DNA of 43,620 nucleotides from Cycloclasticus sp. Its GTDB lineage: Bacteria; Pseudomonadota; Gammaproteobacteria; Methylococcales; Cycloclasticaceae. A program made the position numbers and the translations under genes. Each line of letters begins with the position of its first letter. The stretch's first letter is position 1. The notes beneath the pieces are model-generated. The model worked only from the letters and a program-made list of their open reading frames with translations. It was not told the DNA's origin and searched no databases. Shown here one piece after another: positions 37,316 through 43,620 of the stretch. The stretch is from positions 1 to 43,620 of the forward strand of contig JBLIAQ010000001.1 of assembly GCA_047634535.1 (NCBI GenBank). Direction: 5' to 3'.

Positions 37316-38764
37316 TCAATCCACCCTTTGAAGTCCGTGCTTGCGCATTTTTTCTACCAGGGTTGTACGCCGCATATTGAGTTTTTTAGCCGCGTGAGCC
37401 ACCACACCGTCTGAATCGTCTAACGCTTGTTGAATAAGCGAGTATTCTAAATCGTTTAGGTGCTCCTTAAGGTCCATTCCCTGCTCGGGTAAAATACCAG
37501 AAGAGAGTTTGCTATAAGAAGGTGATGGAGCGGCAGCCATAGATGCTTTAGGCTCTTCGAATAAATCCGCCTCAAGGGTCAATTCCTGCTGAAGATGAGA
37601 AGGCGTATTAGTATATTGATGAAACTTATCCGGCAGGTCTTTCAGGTCTACGACGCCAAAAGCGTGAATAATGGCGAGTCTTTCAACCATATTTGCCAGC
37701 TCTCTCACGTTGCCTGGCCAATCGTGCTGGCACAGGGCCATTAAAGCGGGTGAGGTAAAGCGGACGGTGCCTTTTTTATCGTGTTCGATTCGCTGCACCA
37801 GCTCACTGATCAATATCGGGATGTCTTCTGCTCGGTCCCTCAGGGGCGCAATAGTAATGGGAAAGACGTCTAATCTATAGAATAAATCTTCTCGGAAGTT
37901 TCCATTCTCTATTTCCTTTTGCAGATCCCTGTGTGTCGCCGCTAACACCCGCACATCACAGCGAATAGGCTTATTACTGCCTACTCGTTCAAAAACTTTT
38001 TCTTGCAACACACGTAACAGCTTAACCTGCATTTGCATCGGCATATCGCCAATTTCATCCAGAAACAGGGTGCCGCCTTCGGCTAACTCAAAACGCCCCT
38101 GCCTGGCCGTTAACGCGCCGGTAAAGGCACCTTTTTCATGGCCAAATAATTCGCTTTCTAACAATTCGGCGGGGATTGCTCCACAGTTAATAGGTACAAA
38201 CGCTTTCTGTCGACGAGCCGAGTGGTAATGAATATTACGTGCGATTACTTCCTTGCCCGTACCCGATTCACCTAAAATTAAAACCGTTGCATCCGACACA
38301 CAGACCTGTTGAATCAGTTGCCTGACGCGTTTAACTTCCTGGCTATTACCAACTAAGCTTCTAAATAACTCTGACGCCCTTTGAGACACCTCTTCATTCG
38401 ACGCACTTTCGGCTAACTGTACCTTGCGAATACAGTTAATAAAATTCTGGTACGTCGTTGGCCACTCTAATGGTACTAGATACCTTAATAGTGCTTTTGA
38501 AATTTTGGGCGATTTTCCTTTGTTATGTACGTATACAAAGGGTTGTTGACTTTTGTACTGGGCAAAAAATGCAAAAATATCATCTTCTGAAAAGGCTATG
38601 CCTTCAGCCATTATAATGAGCGGTGAATCTTCTTTATTGGCAATACTTAATAGCTTATCAAACGTTATTGGCTTCGATTTATAATCCAAAAACTCCATCA
38701 CTGTTTCAATTTGAGAGCAGCGTTTTACATCATTATCAATCACCAATACTTTTTGTAGCGCCAT
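37316..38764 (-). CDS. fleQ: Flagellar master regulator FleQ (FlrA)
   Basis: Atypical N-terminal domain, [21 protein letters not shown] and HTH ([13 protein letters not shown]). Confidence 0.95.
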   Translation of the reverse strand: MALQKVLVIDNDVKRCSQIETVMEFLDYKSKPITFDKLLSIANKEDSPLIIMAEGIAFSEDDIFAFFAQYKSQQPFVYVHNKGKSPKISKALLRYLVPLEWPTTYQNFINCIRKVQLAESASNEEVSQRASELFRSLVGNSQEVKRVRQLIQQVCVSDATVLILGESGTGKEVIARNIHYHSARRQKAFVPINCGAIPAELLESELFGHEKGAFTGALTARQGRFELAEGGTLFLDEIGDMPMQMQVKLLRVLQEKVFERVGSNKPIRCDVRVLAATHRDLQKEIENGNFREDLFYRLDVFPITIAPLRDRAEDIPILISELVQRIEHDKKGTVRFTSPALMALCQHDWPGNVRELANMVERLAIIHAFGVVDLKDLPDKFHQYTNTPSHLQQELTLEADLFEEPKASMAAAPSPSYSKLSSGILPEQGMDLKEHLNDLEYSLIQQALDDSDGVVAHAAKKLNMRRTTLVEKMRKHGLQRVD

Positions 38765-38811
38765 AAAATTAAAAACTCATTTCCGTTGAAACACCGAAGA
38801 GTGATCAGTAT

Positions 38812-38825
38812 GTCAAAAAACTGGC
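38812..38825. promoter_or_regulatory. Putative FleQ box upstream of fleQ
   Basis: GTCAAAAAACTGGC, 48-61 nt upstream of the fleQ ATG. Confidence 0.5.
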
Positions 38826-38944
38826 GCTTTAGGCAATTTTTTTAGCCCTTAGCCGATTTACCATCCACAGTGCTAGATTTAACTTGACAGCTAGCAAGGC
38901 AAGTCTTAGAACGTAGTTATTTCATTTATTACTAACCATTTATT

Positions 38945-40207
38945 GTGACCGAACTTTCTTTAGAATTTCTTTTTGGGCTATTAGCTGCACTCATACTTTT
39001 ATCTGCTTTCTTTTCAGGCTCTGAAACCGCCTTAATGCGTGTTAATCGGTATCGATTACTGCATTTAATGAAAAGCAACCACATGGGGGCGAAAATGGCC
39101 CACAAGCTGTTAAAAAAACCTGACCGTTTGATTGGCCTTATTTTACTCGGCAATAACTTTGTAAATATTTTGGCCACTTCTATCGCCACCATCATTGCGC
39201 TACGTCTATATGGTGAAGCAGGCATTGCAATTGCCACTGGCTTACTAACATTTGTGATTCTAATTTTCTCGGAGGTCACACCAAAGACGTGGGCGGCTAT
39301 CCATCCCGAACGTTTGGCTTTTTTTGCCTCGATCATCTACACGCCGCTGTTAAAAATTTTATACCCCCTGGTTTGGTTCGTGAACGTCTTGTCGAATCTA
39401 CTTCTCAAGGCACTCGGCATAAACGTTCATCATGATACTGACGCTTCGATGAGGCACGAAGAGTTACGAACTATCGTCACCGAAGCAGGCACCCTAATTC
39501 CCGAAGCACACAAAGATATGTTATTAGGCATTTTAGATCTTGAAGAAGCTACCGTAGAAGACATCATGATCCCCATCAATGAAATTCACGGCATCGACCT
39601 CGATGACGATATTGATGAAATAAAAAAGCAGCTTTTCAGCTCGCCATATTCAAATATGCTCGTTTTTAAAACCAATATCGATAATGTACAAGGTTATTTT
39701 CGGATAAAAGATCTTTTTAACTTAATTAATAACGATGGCTTCGATCATGAAAAACTGCTATCCGTTAAACGTGACACGTACTTTATTCCTAATAATACGA
39801 GCCTCTACCAACAGCTCATTAACTTCCAGCAAAACAAACAGCAAATAGCTCTCGTTGTTAATGAATACGGCAACATCCTTGGGCTAATTACCTTACAGGA
39901 CGTGCTCGAAGAGGTGATTGGTGAGTTCACAACAGACCCGTCTGATAGTTCGCCTGATATCCAAAGAAAATCCGATGGATCGCTGTTTATCAATGGCAAC
40001 ATTACCATTAGAGAGCTGAACCGATCACTTCACTGGTCCTTACCTACCGGAGGGCCGAAAACACTTAATGGCCTGATACTCGAATACCTTGAATCCATTC
40101 CAGAACAGGGCACCAGCCTAAAACTGTATGGTCACCCGATTGAAATTGTGCAAATGGATGAGAACTCCGTCAAACTTGCGAAGTTTCAATCTAACAAAAT
40201 CATATAA
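38945..40207 (+). CDS. yfjD: CNNM/HlyC-CorC family transporter (CorB/YfjD-like)
   Basis: SAFFSGSETAL, LLGNNFVN, FSEVTPK, a CBS pair (VVNEYG) and a CorC_HlyC tail (PKTLNGLILEYLESIP). Confidence 0.9.
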   Translation: MTELSLEFLFGLLAALILLSAFFSGSETALMRVNRYRLLHLMKSNHMGAKMAHKLLKKPDRLIGLILLGNNFVNILATSIATIIALRLYGEAGIAIATGLLTFVILIFSEVTPKTWAAIHPERLAFFASIIYTPLLKILYPLVWFVNVLSNLLLKALGINVHHDTDASMRHEELRTIVTEAGTLIPEAHKDMLLGILDLEEATVEDIMIPINEIHGIDLDDDIDEIKKQLFSSPYSNMLVFKTNIDNVQGYFRIKDLFNLINNDGFDHEKLLSVKRDTYFIPNNTSLYQQLINFQQNKQQIALVVNEYGNILGLITLQDVLEEVIGEFTTDPSDSSPDIQRKSDGSLFINGNITIRELNRSLHWSLPTGGPKTLNGLILEYLESIPEQGTSLKLYGHPIEIVQMDENSVKLAKFQSNKII

Positions 40208-40267
40208 ACACAACAGGGCTTTTGAAAAAACCCTATACTTAGGCCAATTATTAAAACTCCTTTCTTT

Positions 40268-40894
40268 ATGGCGAAGTTAACTCTTTATTTTAATCACAGA
40301 CCGGTCAATGTTTTTCATCTAGACAACGATGTATCTAGCATTGGACGAGAGCCGTCAAATACATTTTCCATTGATAGTCTTGCCATAGCACCGTCTCATA
40401 TCAAAATTTCCCGATTATCTGAGAAGTGTTTTATCGAAAACTTATCCGAACAATTTCCGACGTCAATCGATAATAAATTAGTTCGTCGTCAATTACTCCA
40501 TCACGGTGACGTTATTCAGCTCGGTAAACATACCCTGCATTTCTCAGACACACCCGATACTCTTGACTTAAATACTGACACCACTGAAAACGTATACGAA
40601 TCGACTCAAAACTTTTCTGGCCGAAAGACCAGACCTACGAATGCCATCTTACAAGTGATGAACGGGGCTGATATTGGTCTGGTTATCTCCTTAAGCAAGG
40701 CAGTCACTGAGCTAAAAACCGCCGATACGACACCGGCTATTATTGCCAAAAGGCCAACTGGTTATTATTTGTCAAGGCTGATGGATGATATCGACATCAA
40801 GATTGATGACTTGGCTATCAGCGCTGAGACGAAATTAGACAACGGTAGTAAAATTAATATCGCTAACAATAGCTACACTTTCTTTATTGAATAA
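40268..40894 (+). CDS. FHA domain-containing protein (tandem FHA-like, degenerate)
   Basis: SIGR.PSN...IDSLAIAPSH and LHHGDVIQLG; second domain with LDNGSKINIA. Confidence 0.8.
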   Translation: MAKLTLYFNHRPVNVFHLDNDVSSIGREPSNTFSIDSLAIAPSHIKISRLSEKCFIENLSEQFPTSIDNKLVRRQLLHHGDVIQLGKHTLHFSDTPDTLDLNTDTTENVYESTQNFSGRKTRPTNAILQVMNGADIGLVISLSKAVTELKTADTTPAIIAKRPTGYYLSRLMDDIDIKIDDLAISAETKLDNGSKINIANNSYTFFIE

Positions 40895-40904
40895 TAACCC
40901 GTAT

Positions 40905-41300
40905 ATGAATACTTCAGAGGAAGAAAAAAGAAGGTTTAAACGGATTTTTCACGATGCCTATATCAGCCTAATTACACCTGACGAGCTATCGATCCCTTGT
41001 CAACTGCTGGATATATCACTAAATGGCTGTTTAGTAGAGGGCGATAGTGAGACAAAATTTCTACGCGTTGACGACGCACTAAAACTCGAAATAATTTTGC
41101 ACGAAGACCTCATTGTTGGCACTTCAGCGCATATTATCTTTGTCGGCGAAGGTGGCCAAATTGGCCTGCAATTTGACGACATAGAAATTGATAGCATCAC
41201 CTCACTCAGGAGGCTCGTTGAACTTAATATGGGTGATTCAACGATGTTAGAAAGAAATTTGCACGCGCTTAGCGCGCTCCGTGTCGCCAAACTACCTTAA
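40905..41300 (+). CDS. Single-domain PilZ c-di-GMP receptor (MapZ/PA4608-like)
   Basis: RRFKR (RxxxR), DISLNG (DxSxxG) and C-terminal DSITSLRRLVELNMGD; convergent with radA. ATG 40905 preferred over TTG 40887. Confidence 0.88.
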   Translation: MNTSEEEKRRFKRIFHDAYISLITPDELSIPCQLLDISLNGCLVEGDSETKFLRVDDALKLEIILHEDLIVGTSAHIIFVGEGGQIGLQFDDIEIDSITSLRRLVELNMGDSTMLERNLHALSALRVAKLP

Positions 41301-42661
41301 AAAAATTCCAGAGCATCTCTTAATACACTGACTGGGTGCACCTCAAGTCCTTTTACCCCACCTTTTGGAATATTGCCCTTTGGCGCTAAGGCAAACTTAA
41401 AGCCGTGCTTGGCAGCCTCGCGAAGCCGCTCCTCACCATTCTGAACTGGACGAACCTCGCCGGACAAGCCGAGTTCACCGAATACAACCCAGTCTTTTGG
41501 TATATTTTTAGCTTTAAAGCTAGACAATAAGGCCGCTACTATTGCCAGATCGCCGCCCGTTTCCATTACTTTTAGCCCACCAACGATATTCACAAAGACA
41601 TCCTGATCTAATAGCGAACATTGACCGTGACGGTGCAGAATAGCCAGCAGCATGGCCAACCTGTTCTGATCCATTCCGACCGTTACTCGTCTCGGGTTAC
41701 CTTGTCTGCTTTCATCAACCAGCGCCTGCACTTCAACTAGCAAAGGTCTTGAGCCTTCCCTTGTCACCATCACAACACTGCCTGGTACTTCTTGCTCGTG
41801 CCGTGAAAGAAAAATAGCCGACGGGTTAGTGACTTCGCGAAGCCCTTTTTCTGTCATCGCAAACACACCCAACTCGTTAACCGCGCCGAAGCGATTTTTT
41901 ATCGCGCGAATCATCCTAAATCGGCTACCCGAATCACCTTCAAAATAGAGCACAGAATCCACCATGTGCTCGAGCACTCGCGGTCCTGCGATGGCACCTT
42001 CCTTAGTCACATGGCCAATCAAAAATATGGTCGTATTCGTGCGTTTCGCAAAACGAACTAGACGAGCAGCACATTCCCTTACTTGCCCAACAGAGCCTGG
42101 AGCCGATTGCAGCTCATCACTGAAGACCGTCTGGATCGAGTCAATCACCAACACATCGGCCGCCAGTTTCTCGGCTGTCGCTAAAATAATTTCAAGTGAT
42201 ATCTCACAAAGGATTTGTACTTTATCGACCGACAGCTGCAGCCTGGTGGCGCGCATACTGACTTGTTGAGCCGATTCTTCACCACTAACGTATAAGGCAT
42301 TCGAACCTTCGCTTAAGTTAGCCAGCGCCTGTAGCAATAAAGTTGATTTGCCAATACCAGGGTCGCCACCAATTAAAATAGCCGAACCCGGTACAATTCC
42401 ACCGCCTAATACACGGTCTAATTCTTCTAACCCGCTCTTGGTTCGTTCGAGGAAACCTGTTTTTACATTCGACAGTATCTCTACATCGCCAGAACTCGTT
42501 TGATCTGCGTAACCACTAAATCGATTTACCGTCGGCGAACTGGACAGGGTAGATTCTTCTAGCGTATTCCAGCCCCCGCAATCCTGGCATTGCCCGGACC
42601 ACTTTGAAACTTTTACACCACATTCGCGGCAGCTATAAAGAATTTTTTGTTTACTCGCCAT
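41297..42661 (-). CDS. radA: DNA repair protein RadA (Sms)
   Basis: C4 zinc finger, GDPGIGKST, KNRFG and Lon-like C-terminus. Confidence 0.97.
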   Translation of the reverse strand: MASKQKILYSCRECGVKVSKWSGQCQDCGGWNTLEESTLSSSPTVNRFSGYADQTSSGDVEILSNVKTGFLERTKSGLEELDRVLGGGIVPGSAILIGGDPGIGKSTLLLQALANLSEGSNALYVSGEESAQQVSMRATRLQLSVDKVQILCEISLEIILATAEKLAADVLVIDSIQTVFSDELQSAPGSVGQVRECAARLVRFAKRTNTTIFLIGHVTKEGAIAGPRVLEHMVDSVLYFEGDSGSRFRMIRAIKNRFGAVNELGVFAMTEKGLREVTNPSAIFLSRHEQEVPGSVVMVTREGSRPLLVEVQALVDESRQGNPRRVTVGMDQNRLAMLLAILHRHGQCSLLDQDVFVNIVGGLKVMETGGDLAIVAALLSSFKAKNIPKDWVVFGELGLSGEVRPVQNGEERLREAAKHGFKFALAPKGNIPKGGVKGLEVHPVSVLRDALEFF

Positions 42662-42665
42662 CGTC

Positions 42666-43620
42666 CTATTCTCTAACTATTCTTCTCACTCGTTCAGTAA
42701 CGCCGCACATTAATTCATATGTAATGGTGCTACTTTTTTCAGCAATTTCATCAATGGGCAGTCCCTTACCCCATAAAATGACCTCATCTCCAATACGTAT
42801 ATCGCGACAATGGCTTACGTCCACATTAATAGTGTCCATGGACACGCGGCCAACTAAATGCGCTTTTTGGCCAGCAACGATTACTGGCGTACCCGCTATC
42901 GCGTGGCGAGGGTAGCCATCACCATAACCAATTCCAATCGTCGCAATCAAACTGGTTTTAGTCGCCAGCCAACTGCCACCGTAACCGACGCGTGCTCCTT
43001 TCTTAATGGTGCGTAGCGATATGACTTTACTGCTTAGCGTCATCACCGGCTTTAGTCCTTCATCACCGGCTGTTTTATGGCAGAAAGGACTACCGCCATA
43101 GAGCATGATGCCAGGCCTGACCCAGTGTCGTTGTGCATACTGCCAGCCTAACAGGCCAGCAGAATTAGCAATACTTTGCTCACCAGTTAAGCCTTTCACG
43201 CTTATATCAAATAATTGAATCTGCTCTTCTGTAGAGGTTGACGTCATATCGTCGGCGCTGGCCAGATGCGTCATTAGCTTAATCGGTTGGCGAACTTTAC
43301 CCGATAACAATAAACGATCATTCAAACGGCTAACGCTAGAAGTCTCAACGCCTAAACGATTCATCCCCGTATTAATTTTTAGCCACACACAAATAGGTTT
43401 GGGTAATACCACCGAATTGAGTAGATCAATTTGATACTCGCTGTGAATAACCGCGTCCAAATCATAGTGAGCAAATGGAGTCACTTCCTCAACTTCGACG
43501 AAACCCGCTAACACTAGGATGGGCTTAGTAATGCCTCCTTCGCGTAAGATGATGGCTTCGTCTAATCTTGCTACCGCAAAGCCATCGACATTTGACAACG
43601 CCTTTGCCACGAGCAACATG
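42666..43620 (-). CDS. alr: Alanine racemase (5' truncated by window)
   Basis: NTGMNRLG, THLASAD, VRPGIMLYG, VGYG, GYGDGYPR, GRVSMD and TITYELMC motifs; the N-terminal VKANAYGHG would lie beyond the window. Confidence 0.95.
   Translation of the reverse strand, partial: MLLVAKALSNVDGFAVARLDEAIILREGGITKPILVLAGFVEVEEVTPFAHYDLDAVIHSEYQIDLLNSVVLPKPICVWLKINTGMNRLGVETSSVSRLNDRLLLSGKVRQPIKLMTHLASADDMTSTSTEEQIQLFDISVKGLTGEQSIANSAGLLGWQYAQRHWVRPGIMLYGGSPFCHKTAGDEGLKPVMTLSSKVISLRTIKKGARVGYGGSWLATKTSLIATIGIGYGDGYPRHAIAGTPVIVAGQKAHLVGRVSMDTINVDVSHCRDIRIGDEVILWGKGLPIDEIAEKSSTITYELMCGVTERVRRIVRE

Noticed and set aside
43600-43620. alr apparently lacking the catalytic Lys motif
   Set aside because: The gene is cut by the window edge; the Met at 43619 is internal.
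1-43620. CRISPR arrays, tRNA/rRNA genes, IS elements, prophage or defence islands
   Set aside because: Intergenic spaces are short and show no repeat-spacer arrays, cloverleafs, transposases or integrases.

Overview
A 43.6 kb chromosomal, mostly housekeeping region from a flagellated marine-type gammaproteobacterium. Gene content and sequence style suggest Thiotrichales/Cycloclasticus-like, which is an inference. From left to right it holds: the end of a cbb3 oxidase operon (ccoP, a small membrane protein, ccoG, ccoH); a GGDEF cyclase; rluB-scpB-scpA; pyk; ppnP; an FNR-box-driven ompW that is frameshifted at an A9 run in its signal peptide; a long minus-strand run mrcB-lpoP-[PD-(D/E)xK-like hypothetical]-yoaA-tsaB-yciO-site-2 protease-trpS; a REC-GGDEF-EAL gene divergent from an HDOD gene; dusA-folE-hemH-two small unknowns-yafJ; a PAS-GGDEF cyclase; oadGAB; the flagellar block fleQ-fleSR-fliEFGHIJ; a CNNM/CorB gene; FHA and MapZ-like PilZ genes; radA; and partial alr. 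I saw no tRNA, rRNA, CRISPR array, integrase or transposase. The best leads are (1) the ompW A9 slippage/phase-variation site, (2) a nuclease-fold orphan directly upstream of the YoaA helicase, (3) a FleQ-box plus sigma54 promoter on a distant diguanylate cyclase, suggesting a feedback loop, and (4) a CxxC membrane microprotein translationally coupled to ferrochelatase. None is a proven new system; all are hypotheses from sequence reading.
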